A stretch of 64,000 nucleotides of DNA from Perkinsus olseni (taxonomy: Eukaryota), in assembly GCA_013115125.1 (NCBI GenBank), contig JABANN010000092.1:1-64000 (forward strand), in the 5' to 3' direction. Positions 1-11,353 of the stretch are shown piece by piece; positions within the stretch are counted from its first letter, which is position 1, and every line of letters starts with the position of its first letter. The notes under the pieces are model-generated. The model was not told the origin of the DNA, did no database searches, and saw only the letters and a list, made by a program, of their open reading frames with translations. Both the position numbers and the translations under genes were made by a program.

Positions 1-19
1 TATGGCGCGCGACGATTTG

Positions 20-67
20 TACGTACAGATGTCAATACGTACGGATGAAAATACGTACAGATGTAGG
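20..67. repeat. 16-bp tandem repeat x3 (core TACGTAC[A/G]GATG)
   Basis: Units tacgtacagatgtcaa / tacgtacggatgaaaa / tacgtacagatgtagg start at 20, 36 and 52. Confidence 0.8.
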
Positions 68-575
68 GCTACGCTTGTCGCCCTTGCCGCGTGCGTGCTC
101 CTCTTCTTGGTTCCCTCTGGGGCTAAGAACGTGTGTATCGCTCCTCCTGGGAACCGTACTCCGTCATTGGAGTGTGAGTACTGACCTAGTAAGCTGGATT
201 GGATGACATCAGCATCAATCATTCTTCTCTATGAAATGGAACCGATTCGCGATACGCCCAGAAAGTTATGCCCTCCATACCCGACTTTTCCAAATCGGCA
301 TCACTGAAAACGAAAAGAGATCAACAAGGGAGTCGTTGCCGCACCGCGTACAGGACCTCGCAGAGTGTAGTAGTCTATCCCTACCACTACCGCTGTGGGG
401 TAGACATCATCGTGCATCTGCGTGCTGGAATGCGCGCTGATTCCGTCGTTCCAATCGCCTCGATTGGCCTTGACCACTGGTCCTAGCATCCTGTAGCCTT
501 GGCGATGTTTCTGGAGGTCTTCATGTGAGCATTGAACATAGCCACTCACGTAGTTGTATGGTCTGTTTAGTCCAC

Positions 576-809
576 ATGGCTAGTCTTGATTTAGCCCCCA
601 GGCTCCCGCCTGAAACCCCCCGTTTTGTCGGTGTTTCTTCACCCCCCACGCGGATGCTCAACTTGACCTCGGACAAGGAGACGAAGAAGGGGATCGTCCA
701 TGCTATGTGCTTTCAAGGATATCTTGCTCGCACCAGGGCGGCGCATGTGCCGCATCCCTTCAAGCGAGTCCTTGTCATCAACCCCGTTAACGGTATCAAG
801 GAGAAGTGA
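576..809 (+). CDS. Small hypothetical protein (77 aa), AR.RAAHVPH family copy A
   Basis: ATG at 576 follows tttag. Contains MCFQGYLARTRAAHVPHPFKRVLVI, similar to the ORF at 1307, with several synonymous differences. Confidence 0.6.
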   Translation: MASLDLAPRLPPETPRFVGVSSPPTRMLNLTSDKETKKGIVHAMCFQGYLARTRAAHVPHPFKRVLVINPVNGIKEK

Positions 810-1306
810 TGAAAAACATCAATCGTGATTCACGATTCGTGAAGGTCCACCAAGTTCTGCGAGGTCTCTGTCGAATCGTAACTGCGCCACAGAACGACTG
901 CCACTTCGTCTAGGGAGTGGCCTTTTTACCATTGATATAGCCTTTTTCCGCCCATATCTATTGAAAGTGTTATCTTGAAACTCAAGTCAACCTCCACAGG
1001 TATGGTTATGAGGCGTCATGCGGGTCTCATTGATCCGTCGCCCTTTCTCCACTAAGGATCCTGTCCCTGGGAAAGCGGTTTTCCCTTACTATGTTGTTGC
1101 TCATTCTGACTCGTTCGGCTCTTGACCATATGAATAGCTGATGGATTCCCTCGGAGGGAGTGTCACTAGCGGTGCGTGCAGAGGGGTTGTTCAAACACAA
1201 CTTTTCGAGCAACAGTCACGGGTGATTTGTTTTGTTGATCAAGACTCTAGGCGAAATCGGCTCCCGCGCAGTAGCATCATTATCTCTGCTAGTTTTGTAA
1301 CTTTCA

Positions 1307-1621
1307 ATGCGCTGCAGTAAGACTTGGTTGCCGGAAGCCCCAAAGAACGGAGCAGACGCTTCGGCCCAAGGCAAGGGACCATCGGAGTCTGCTGACATTG
1401 ACGACTCCGCATCGGAGCTACCTCAAGACCTTTACATATCTATGATGACCCTCGGAAAGGAGGCTCGTGCACGTGCAGCGCATGTCCCTCATCAATACCG
1501 GGATATCCTTTTCATTCCTCGGGAAGCGACACCAGTGTACCCTCGCATCGAGAGTAAGGCCAGTATCGCTTCCTCGGGGTGGACAACAACTTCACAGAGT
1601 AGCCCTACTGAATCGAAGTGA
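1307..1621 (+). CDS. Small hypothetical protein (104 aa), AR.RAAHVPH family copy B
   Basis: Contains MMTLGKEARARAAHVPHQYRDILFI. T-rich leader before the ATG and AT-rich sequence after the stop. Confidence 0.6.
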   Translation: MRCSKTWLPEAPKNGADASAQGKGPSESADIDDSASELPQDLYISMMTLGKEARARAAHVPHQYRDILFIPREATPVYPRIESKASIASSGWTTTSQSSPTESK

Positions 1622-2170
1622 GCTATTGCTTTTTATGACATAGTGATCCTTTTTACATTGGATACGTATACAATTTGGACTAGAGATGATACATTACGCC
1701 GATGCGTGACTTCAGCTGCTGCCTTTTTATCTACTTTCTGTTGAGTTCTCAAGTTCCCGAGTCGTACTAGCGGCAACCAAACACACACCGTGTGAAGCGG
1801 GCTCAGCATAAGAGATCAATCAATAAAAATGTGATGTTTCGTCATTCATCGTCTACAGATTCCTTCTCAGCCTCTGCAGTGTCCGCGATCTAACACGAGG
1901 TATAACATAATTGCCCGATCATGGCTCGCAAGAAGTCTCATGACGGCTTCAATATTACAAGTTGATGAGACTTACGCTGCAGTGGATTCTCTGATGGTGA
2001 ATGGCGGCCAGTCAGAAACCGCTTGGGTACGTACTCACCCCTCAGGGCCCAACCCCAAACCTGTCCACAGCAAGCGTAATGGCACGTGTCGAAAGTCAAA
2101 GGGTCTTCAAAGGGCCTCAACTATGATTGAGCAGTAGGCGTGAAACCGAGGAGCATGTAGTTCGCAGTTC

Positions 2171-2289
2171 ATGAAGCTGCAGTACACACTTATCGCACGC
2201 ACTGCGTCTCAGCGCATGTTCCGTTAAAGGGACGAAGGTTGACTCAAACTATCGAGGATGCATCCCCCTCGAGGAACTCGCCCCGCTAA
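2171..2289 (+). pseudogene. Possible frameshifted third AR.RAAHVP copy
   Basis: atg aag ctg cag tac aca ctt atc gca cgc act (MKLQYTLIART), then 8 nt where copy A has 6, then gcg cat gtt ccg (AHVP) in a shifted frame. Confidence 0.35.
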
Positions 2290-2608
2290 CCCTGGTTGTG
2301 ACGCAAGAAGTGGTTGAACAGGTCCTCGACTTCTCCTGCCTTCCCAATAGACACGTCCCCCTTCCGTAGGCTCCTACGTTGCTCATTTAACCCTCGAACA
2401 AAATGCATTCCGCTGAAGAAACATGGCAGACGAATATTCCATGACAGAGGGACGCTATCGAACAGGTACGGCTATCGGGGCACACTCTTATAGCCTGCAT
2501 GCTTAGATGCATCAGAGTCCACCAGCCCCACCGATATACCACAACTCGGGGGCATCACAGATGTCGATCCTGTGACGGCAATCGATACCAAATGGGAACG
2601 ACCTCATG

Positions 2609-3183
2609 CACTGGAGATGCACCCGTGAAACGCGTAAAACAGTTTTACGCGAAGTGTTTCACGCGTAAAACGCGATGTGTTGTGTAATGATACCACTTCG
2701 CGGTATAACGCGCGCGTTTAACGCCATAACGCGTGAAACGGCAACGCCATAACGCGGTATGACGCGTACTACGCGTTATCGCGGTAGAAAAACGCGTACA
2801 ACACAACGCGGTGCAGCGGTTCGCACCTATTCTCGTACTGCCGAATCCGTCATTAACTTATACACAGCTCAGCGCACTCTCGCGTCTCAGGAACAGCACA
2901 TACGCGTTCCACCATGCACTCACAGAAGGCCATAGTGGCTGAGCTACTTTCGTTTCCCTCTCTTCTATATGGTCTTGGTATTGGTATTCGACTGGTATTG
3001 GTGTCGCTCCTTGATAGTTTCTCGTACGTCGAAGCCTTTTGGTTCTGTTTCACGCTCAGTGCTCACCATCACGCTTCGCGTTATTATCACGCGTTATACT
3101 CTAAATTTATGCTCATAACGCGTTGTGTTTTCCGTAACGCGTGAACCACCCGCGTTTTACACAACACGGGTGCAACTCCACTG
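2609..3183. mobile_element. Non-autonomous TIR DNA transposon (MITE-like), about 575 bp
   Basis: Left end cactggagatgcacccgtg (2609-2627) matches the reverse complement of the right end, cagtggagttgcacccgtg (3165-3183), at 17/19. Dense ACGCG subterminal repeats at both ends, TG on both flanks, no transposase ORF. Confidence 0.75.
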
Positions 3184-3276
3184 TGTGGCACTGTTGTCAC
3201 TGAAAACATTAACGAACCCCGTCCGTATTCAGTGCTGAAACAGTTCACAAAAAAACGATAAAACAGTCGGATCTCC

Positions 3277-3828
3277 TTAAGCAAGTCTATCCAGAGCATT
3301 CTTGAGGCCCTCAGCATCGGCCCCATTCACTCGATCAACCTGACGGAGGCCGTGACACAGAAACTAGGTCATGCCGGGAACCCACCTCCTTCCCTCCTTT
3401 AAAAAGACAGAAGGTTGGAACAGTTTTCACCTGCCACTCATCGGCCAGCTCCTCGTGGTGATCGATGTCAATTTTAACGAAGGTTACAGCGTCCGCGGTC
3501 TCAGCATACTTCTCAATCTGGCAAGATAGCAACTACTGTCACATGCGATGCAGATCGAAGATCAGCCCATCGTTATTATCATTATACCCGGGGTGCTATA
3601 GTTCGGCATGGACCACACCAACTCGCCGTGAACCATGCAACTTTTAACTTTTGCGATGAGTTGGACTGCAGCTGTCGCCGAGTAGCCTCCGTAGAGGTCG
3701 CTGATATAACCTACAATATGTAGCAGAAGCCGATCCATTTTTCATGCATGCACCCTTACTGCGAACTGCCTAGTTCCCGACGACTGAGCCGCTACTGCCG
3801 AGACCCCAATGCGAAGATGCTGTAACAT
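3277..3828 (-). CDS. Thioredoxin, probably mitochondrial (multi-exon)
   Basis: Exons encode MLQHLRIGVSAVAAQSSGTRQFA (presequence-like), VAWFTASWCGPCRTIAP (WCGPC active site), VTFVKIDIDHHEELADEWQVKTVPTFCLFKGGKE and VDRVNGADAEGLKNALDRLA*. Confidence 0.92.
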
Positions 3829-4102
3829 AAGTGGAGTGACAGGGAGGTACCACACAGACGCCTCCGCGACGGCTACGAGGAGACTGCGCAGAGGCCAAAC
3901 TTCCCCGGTGAGCGCCGGTATCGAAGCCCACACAGGCGAGTGGCATCTGTTCGTACTACACAGAATTGAACAACCCAAAACCGCAGACATTAATCTCGAA
4001 GCAGAAAAGCAGGTCCCGAAGGGGGTTTCTAGGACAGATGATAAATGTAAAAAACTGACTACCAACGGACTACATAACAGGGTACATCGAGGCTACTCGC
4101 TT

Positions 4103-7100
4103 TTAGGCCTTGTAACACGTGTCAAGGTACCTGCAGAGACGACAAGAACATCATGCCATGAAATTCGATTCCCATCATGCATGTGAGATTCTCAGGGACT
4201 TTCGCCAACCTACTTGGCCACCACTACATCCGCGAGTTCTTTGGGTACGGAAGCAGCAGAACCGTAGACGGCTGCGTTGCCACTGTGACCTGGGGGCAGC
4301 AGAGATACAACATGCCATACCAAGACTCATACAGATTTCATTGGGCTTATCATGGAAAATGAGGCTGCCAGCCAGCCCGCGGAGAGATGAACGATTTCCA
4401 CTCTCGTGATCACCCAGTTCTATTTTAACCTCATTCCGTCGTACCACTCTTGACACCAGAGTCCAGCTTCGCCTTCTCTGCTTCCACGCCGGCCTCGATG
4501 TCCTTCAACAGTTCATCGATTTTACTAGCATTCAGGCGCGTGACACATATATGGACCCCCGAGGGCATCTGGAGCATGTTGAGGTTCCTGAGAGGAGAAG
4601 GTAAGGATGAGCAGTCTAACTTCTCTCCAATCCTTCTCACCAATGAGTTTTCGTGTTCTCCTTCAACCACTCCGCTAGATCATAATCATTAACACCGTTA
4701 GTGCAAGTAATGGCCACCACAGAGACGCTGGGCCGGCCGAGTACACGAACTCCGTCTATGTTGTCGATGCCTTTCTCAAGCTGCTTAGCTCCAGACACTG
4801 CAGGAAGGAGGACGTCACACTGGTTAGGTAGGATGACAGCACTCACCAATAGTCTTGCAGGACTGCTTATACCCATCACGCCCGATGTGCATCAATGTTG
4901 CCCAGGTCGCTGCAACGGCTGCAGCCGGTCTAAGTGGGTTGCGACAGAGAATACGGAGTACGAATTGAGCGGAGCAGCTCACCTCGAACCACATATGGTT
5001 GGAGTGCCGTAGATGCCTCCTGGCCACTCGCTACAGGTGGAGTATTGGTACTTGCGTAGGTTGGGCGATCGGAACATGAGCACACTGGTGCCCTTAGGAG
5101 AGAAGCCGTACTTGTGCGTATCACACGATATGGAGGTCACGCCGAGGACGCGGAAATCGAACTGACAGATGAGACAGAATGAGCGAAGATAGACAACAAC
5201 GGGCGGGGGAGTACAGACCACTGCAGGTCTCCAGCCGAACTACTTCCATCTACCTAGTTGTACTCACCTTAGTTGGCATAGGGAAGCCGTTCTCCTCCAT
5301 AAAGGGTAGGAGATACCCTCCCAAGCAACAATCAACGTGCAGGTTAGTCTTGTGCTCCAACGCTATCTTCGCTAGGCCCTCTATGTTGTCCACCACACCT
5401 GATTAGAGACAGATTGCAACAGCCACCGAGTCTTCCTCCGCTTCCCTGTTGTGAGGAAGCAAAGCTCACCTTGAGGGAACTGCGGACAGCTGCCAACTAT
5501 GGCAACAGTGTTCTTATTAATCAATGATTCTACGTGATTCAAATTGACATCCATAACATCCTGAACAAGAGGACAGCTCGACAAGCCTGGACTTAACAGA
5601 ATCGATCGACAACTCTTCGATACAGCAGAGGAGCGTATTGCCGAGAGGTGAGTCGCGCTCGCTCTCGGTAGTTTACCTCCTTCAGAATTTCAGCTTTTTC
5701 CGCGGCTTGTCAGTGATTGTGACGTGAGTCTTCCGTACAGGGAGTTATCCATAGATGGTACCCTTCCCAGTACTACCTCAGTAAGCCTGGCCACCCGAAC
5801 GTCGATGCCAAAATACTGCCCAGCCTTGATAAAGGCAGCATGTGCGCTGTGCGGAATGACAATGTTCGGTTCGGTGATACCACGCTCGGCTCTGAAGAAG
5901 TCAGGTACCCACTCCGCCGATCATAGTGTTCCGCGACAACAGTGTTGTCTGGATGAATTCTCAGCACATATGTTCCCTGTACCCATGCCGGGCCCCAAAG
6001 ACGATTCTACCTTCCCCAGTCTCGATAGGCCTTCATTGCCAAGAGGATGGACTCCGTGCCACCGCTGGTGACGGAACCACAAGCGCCTTCTTCTGATTTA
6101 CCGTTGAACAAATCGAGCGTCATAGCGATGACCTGGTGCATCACAATGAGCCTTTCTCCTGTAGCCATGAGGAGCATGCAGGCCCCTGACCCCACACTAC
6201 CTCAGCCTCCATTTGGCGAGTCTTAGTGAAGACATCAGCATGCAGTAGATTGCTGAGAGCAAACATTCCCAGTACCTACTAACCCGCATAACTCGAGCTG
6301 TGGAAAGCGAGTACCTACCTTTCCTTGCATCTCGTAAAGCTCCTCACCACCATGATACACGCAGCCACTCTGGCCGCCATTCTCCCAGTTCTTGTGTTCC
6401 TTGTCCGCACACTTCTCCATGTAGGGGAGAAGCTCGCTGGAAGGCTTGCCCTCTGACCAACAGTAATCGTTTCAGGTGAGAAGATACGAGACGCCGTACG
6501 TTGTGGCAGAGCGCTGTTCCTGTGCTCTACATCCTTAAGGACCATCTCGTCCAGGCCTTCCGTCGCCTTATCCAACTCGGCATCGATTTTGGCACGGACT
6601 TGCGGGATACGCCTAACCTGATATAAGAACGCAGATTTCATGCTATGTAATCGGGTTACTCCGGTTACTAAGAACTGCCATGGCACCCGTAATACGGGTC
6701 CTGTATCGATCAGAAACAGTGGATTCGCGGTCCGAGTTTTTAGAGGTTAGGCTCTGTTCGTATTTCGGATACGGTCGTGAATTTTCTTTGGTCGACCGCC
6801 GTAGCGCATCCTCCGAATGCCATCCTGGGATGTCATAACATCCGAGGCTCATAGATTCGCTGCTGCTTCAACCGGCGGAGCGCTTCCGACCGACATCACC
6901 TGCTTCAATGCGTAACGCTTCAAAGGCACCTCGAATCCTTGATGGAGACCGTATCGCTGTAGATGCTTCCAGAGCTTGTAGGCGAAGTACAAGAAGAACC
7001 ATGTTAAGGTGGAGAGCACGACAGTATCGAAACGATCCTTCCTTCGCAGTTTGTCGTTGACCAACAGCCGGATGGTGGCCAGCATGTTGCTGATGATGGG

Positions 7101-7118
7101 AATGTTCGAAGATGGCAT
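4103..7118 (-). CDS. SGPL1: Sphingosine-1-phosphate lyase (PLP-dependent, multi-exon)
   Basis: N-terminal transmembrane segment, [32 protein letters not shown]-lysine motif [30 protein letters not shown]-terminus AAVYGSAA...YLDTCYKA*. Confidence 0.95.
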
Positions 7119-7398
7119 GATCTAGCCTAAACAAAAACTACTGAGAAAACGGCGTCTATCAAGTTGGAAGCCACAAGTAAGTCATCTACACCAATGCCAT
7201 GATTTTTAGCTCCTCTCCTGTCACCGAACGAGAAGCTCGACGGTTGGTGATCACCCAGGCCACAGCTCGTGATCCGCAGCGCTACTATTGAAAGCTACAA
7301 CAGGACGTTGTACTTTGGGGCTGCGTCTAAGTGGATGTGAGTAAGGCCATCTTACTGAAGGTTAGCAACTAACTGACTCTAAGCACAAGTAAAACTGT

Positions 7399-7482
7399 AT
7401 TGCTGAGTCCAATCTCAACTGCAGGTTAAAACTCGTCGAAAGTTGAGCTCCCCGGTTCGATCCCGGCGCCATTGCATTTTTT
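7399..7482 (+). ncRNA. tRNA-like / RNA polymerase III-type element (incomplete cloverleaf)
   Basis: Hairpins attg/caat (7399-7413) and ctcaact/agttgag (7414-7447), a T-arm/B-box ccgg-TTCGATC-ccgg (7452-7466) and T6 at 7477-7482. No acceptor stem found. Confidence 0.3.
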
Positions 7483-7870
7483 CTGTACATTTTTCTACGC
7501 GGCACTGCGCCATATGCTTCTCGTGTTTGTTATCGTTAGTCGAGCGAATTCGGGAGGTGAAGGGACATCGTGTGAAGGGTGCCTGATTCAAGAATCAGGA
7601 ACCATGTTAGACGTGCAGGAATCAATTCCCGACTCGGTGATGGGTGGGAAAGATTTGCTTCATCGTTGAACAGGCGGTTAGTGAGTCGTGGAGGAAGGAA
7701 AGAAAGAGGATGGTGCCAAGCGGCCCGGGCTCAGTGAGGAGTTGCACAACCCTCCTCGTACCATCCTTGCCAACCATTTGTTCCTCATCCCTCTAGTCAT
7801 GCCGAAAGGATATCGAAGGAATATCCGAGTTCCCGATTGCAGGCTTGATTGGTAGATGCCCGCGTGCTGA

Positions 7871-9001
7871 ATGGCCTCCTCGTCCCCTTCGTCTCCTGCC
7901 AAAGAGCCCTCAGTAGTCATTCTCAACGCGGCCAATATCGGCTTCACCTATGGCAGGCAGTGCCTTCATCTCTCTGATACGTTCGACTGGCGAGGTGTCC
8001 TCGCAGCTTGGCGATACTACAAGGAGCGTCAGGTCGAGCATTGCTGGTTCACGGCGAATGAGTCCCTGCTGAGGCACAATCCGGGCATGCCGGTGGAACT
8101 CACAGACAGCTTGTATCCGGCTCCCGTGCGGGATGGCATGAAGGATTTGGACGACTTGATGACCATCAGAGCGGCTAAGATATACTCGTCGCAGTTTGTT
8201 GACAACGACAACTACAGGGACTGGAGGGTCCGGCTGGCTGAAAGGGATAATGATACGGCGAAGTGGTGGAAGGAGAATGACGAGGAGAAACATGTCTACT
8301 ACACATTCATGCCCACGGGAGAGTTCATGCCTGATAAGTCTGCGCCGCCACCCGAAGGTGCGATGGATATTGATGACAGCTTTGACGATCAAGACGGTAG
8401 AGGGAACAATACTGCAAATGCCCCGAACCCATCGCCCTCTTTTGGGCCGGGCGGTGATCATCAACTCGGAGGTCAGTACGATGCTAGTGCGGCTGCTCAA
8501 AACGTCTATGTGCCACGCGTGGTGAAAAAGTTCGGGGGTAAGACCGCTGGTCCCTGTCGGTCCTCGAAGTTCGCTCATGGAAGACAGCAGAGGTACTCGC
8601 AGTACTCAGCGGCGCCGTATGCGCGTCCGGGTAGGGCCAACGCTGCATCCAATGACTATCGGGCGGTACCTCCCTCGGTGAACTCGACGACGAGGTCAAC
8701 AGGCCGTGAAGAGGCCTGGGAGGATGGGGCGATCAGGCTGGGCAGTTTCTTTGTGGGCAACTCTCCGCCAACGCCAATGCCCAAGCAGCCACGAAACTGT
8801 CGAGGAAGGTCGAAGCCGGGCAACGCGCCCGGTAGAATGGCGCCCTCCCAGCAAAGAGCAGCTCCACCGGTTCCGGCGAGGGATCGACCTCAGCCGGTCT
8901 GGGGCGGGGGACCAGCATTGAGTGGCAGCACTGAGGAGTCTTGGGACGATAATACCGTAGCCTACGTTACTAATAATGGATTTGGTTCTCACTGGAGTTG
9001 A
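7871..9001 (+). CDS. Zc3h12a/Regnase-like NYN (PIN-fold) ribonuclease-domain protein with disordered C-terminus
   Basis: VVILNAANIG...FDWRGVLAAWRYY...DLDDLMTIRAAK...FVDNDNYRDW matches the IDGSN / DD / SNDNYRD pattern of this family. Intronless 376-aa ORF. Confidence 0.85.
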   Translation: MASSSPSSPAKEPSVVILNAANIGFTYGRQCLHLSDTFDWRGVLAAWRYYKERQVEHCWFTANESLLRHNPGMPVELTDSLYPAPVRDGMKDLDDLMTIRAAKIYSSQFVDNDNYRDWRVRLAERDNDTAKWWKENDEEKHVYYTFMPTGEFMPDKSAPPPEGAMDIDDSFDDQDGRGNNTANAPNPSPSFGPGGDHQLGGQYDASAAAQNVYVPRVVKKFGGKTAGPCRSSKFAHGRQQRYSQYSAAPYARPGRANAASNDYRAVPPSVNSTTRSTGREEAWEDGAIRLGSFFVGNSPPTPMPKQPRNCRGRSKPGNAPGRMAPSQQRAAPPVPARDRPQPVWGGGPALSGSTEESWDDNTVAYVTNNGFGSHWS

Positions 9002-9142
9002 AGTGGTGGGCGTGAGTAGCACTATTTCTTTCTTATATAGTATTTAGTTTTGTGTAGGAGACTTAGCTCATTGTTGTGTTATCAGTTCGGATCGGGTGGG
9101 ACGGCCTGGCGTAGTATTTTTTCGTATTCGGCAACCACCGCC

Positions 9143-11353
9143 ATGGACGTGGATTTCTTCGACACGGTCGGCGGAGACCTCGATCCAACGACAGTAGCAG
9201 CGCGATGTCTGAGCAAGCTCATCAATGATCGGCGAGGATCGGAGTTTATCACCTTCACCCCATGTAATGCTTCGCAACCATTCTACTACAGAAAGCCCTG
9301 CGAGGTTCCTCCCAGATGAAAGGGCGTCGCAATGACTCCGAAAAGTTTGCTTTAATAGCATACTGTTACTCAGGCTCTTTCCCTTCGACGGCCTGGTTGG
9401 GTGACTTACCGGCTGGCTGCATCCGAGAGTCCCCTAGTGGACAGAGTTTATATCGAGTTAACGATATAGTGCGAGGGAGGGACCTATTGGAAGCTTTATC
9501 GCGTACTGAGGGAGACGACTTCGCAGCTGAGCGCTCCGCGATTACGATCGGTCTGTCGTGTGCCCTCTTCCGAGATATGTCCCGAGTCTCGGTATCCGCC
9601 AGCTTTTCGTTTGTGCCATGATCATTCTCTTTCTTGTGGCAGTTTTTCTCGGCGAAGGCCCGATCCTCCCCAAAGACGCCGCCTTCTCTGCCTACCTGGA
9701 CGTCGAGTTAGGACGGTGCCTAGAGTGAGCCTACCGGGCAAGGCTCGTCCACACAATGGGAAAAAAAGCTCTTTTTTCAGGTACATTTTGTGGGGCAGTG
9801 ATGCGGTCTTTGAAGGATTCACTCGCCAAGTTTACGCTGCGACTGTGGGCAACTTCCTCCTTCGAAACTTCATGTAATCTCTCGCCCTTTTGGCCCGCCC
9901 CTGATATCATTACAATCTGCCAAGGTACACCGGTTCGTCTGTACGAGCAACTCGAGCCAAACGTAGTGGCATAGCAAACATGTCTATGTGTGTGGAGCGT
10001 CTTGAGCAGGTGAGCCGGTGCAAGGTGACGAGCCAATCAGAAACTCGGAAACTGTCGTTTCAGGTACTCGATTGCCTCAGCCGGTGGGCACTGTCCCTGG
10101 ACTATGGATACTTACTAGATGATACTGAGCACTGCCACGAGAATGGTGCTTCAAACGGCGGAATGAATGGTGATTCAACATACCCGTCCAAGGTGCTACT
10201 TCCGGGCGGGACCAGTCTCGACGCGTGTATGTCGTTGTTGTTTCCAGCTCGTCATCTGCAAAGCTTTCGGGTACCTGGCAGTCCTACTATCGATACCCTT
10301 GCCTCGTGTCGATCGAAGACTGAAAATACTCCTGCAGGACCAGCGATGGCAAGGCCTCTTTGACTTCTGTCGGAAGGTCATAACTATTGTCATCGATCGT
10401 CCCCCAGCTTCCTTTTCCCAGATTGAATCGAGGGTGTCAGTCTTCGGCGGCGGACGCAATTTCCTCAATGAAACGATAGACATCCCTGAGCACAAGTCGT
10501 GGTTTGAGGTGTGTTATTTAATCTAGCGTTACCCACTAGCGTCACCCACTAGCGTCACCACACAACCCCTATTTCGTCAGGTTTGGGGATTTGGTGTCAA
10601 AGCCGCGGAGCGAGATCGCTCGGATAGCCATGATTCCAGCTGTACGTTGATTCGGATATTTTTTGTCGTGCGGTTAGGACGGTCGCGGTCAGAGTGTCTC
10701 CAATCAGTAAATGCCATAGTGATGGATGACAGATGTTGTGGTTGTACTTCAGCTGCCGAGCCTCAAGGATATCCCGATGACGAGCCGCACGCCGAAGATT
10801 ATGAAGAGCCTGCCATGTGGTGGCAACGTGCGGCATTCGCTGGCATAGCAGGAACAATAATCCTGGGGTAGGCGGAGCAATGCAGCGAGATGACGGCGTA
10901 GTGGTACTGCAGGTACATCGTTACTGGGTGGAATCCACCATTCGAAGTGCAGCTCTCGTAGCCAGCAATACACCGCGCGTTTCCGATCACCTTGCCTGTC
11001 TTGGGTTGTTCTGATGGTTCTATGTATCGGCTGTCGATTTTTCAACTGCAGCTTTCCCCTTTTTTGACCCCACAGTTTCAGTGGTGTCGTCATGGAGGAC
11101 GCAAGTAAGTTGGCGTTCAAAACCTGTCGTGGGAGTCCGTGCTCACCGCTACTCGCTGGCCGAATACACCGGCCGATACTGTATTCTGGCAGGTTATTAT
11201 ATTCTCTTCGCCTCGTTCTGGGCCCTTCTCGGAATGGCGTATTACATTTGGTATGCAAAACAAGTTAGCGATAACTTGCATGCGGCACGGAAGGCAAACG
11301 GAGTGGTGAGTCCGGGGGCTACTACTGCTGCCTCTACTCCAGCCATCCCATGA
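9143..11353 (+). CDS. Hypothetical multi-exon protein with C-terminal transmembrane segments
   Basis: Chain of coding-like frames separated by short GT-AG introns, with a phase-compatible join from 10641 to 10752. Hydrophobic WWQRAAFAGIAGTIILG and YYILFASFWALLGMAYYIWY. Could be two genes. Confidence 0.55.
10523..10560. repeat. 13-bp tandem repeat x3 in an intron
   Basis: ctagcgttaccca ctagcgtcaccca ctagcgtcacca, inside the intron at about 10509-10580. Confidence 0.8.

Noticed and set aside
2853-3144. Short ORFs inside the TIR element
   Set aside because: No transposase motifs; most likely incidental.
7317-7476. tmRNA or intact tRNA-Cys/Gly
   Set aside because: The GGGGCTG 5' end has no complementary 3' acceptor strand and there is no tag ORF. 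Kept only as a tRNA-like candidate.
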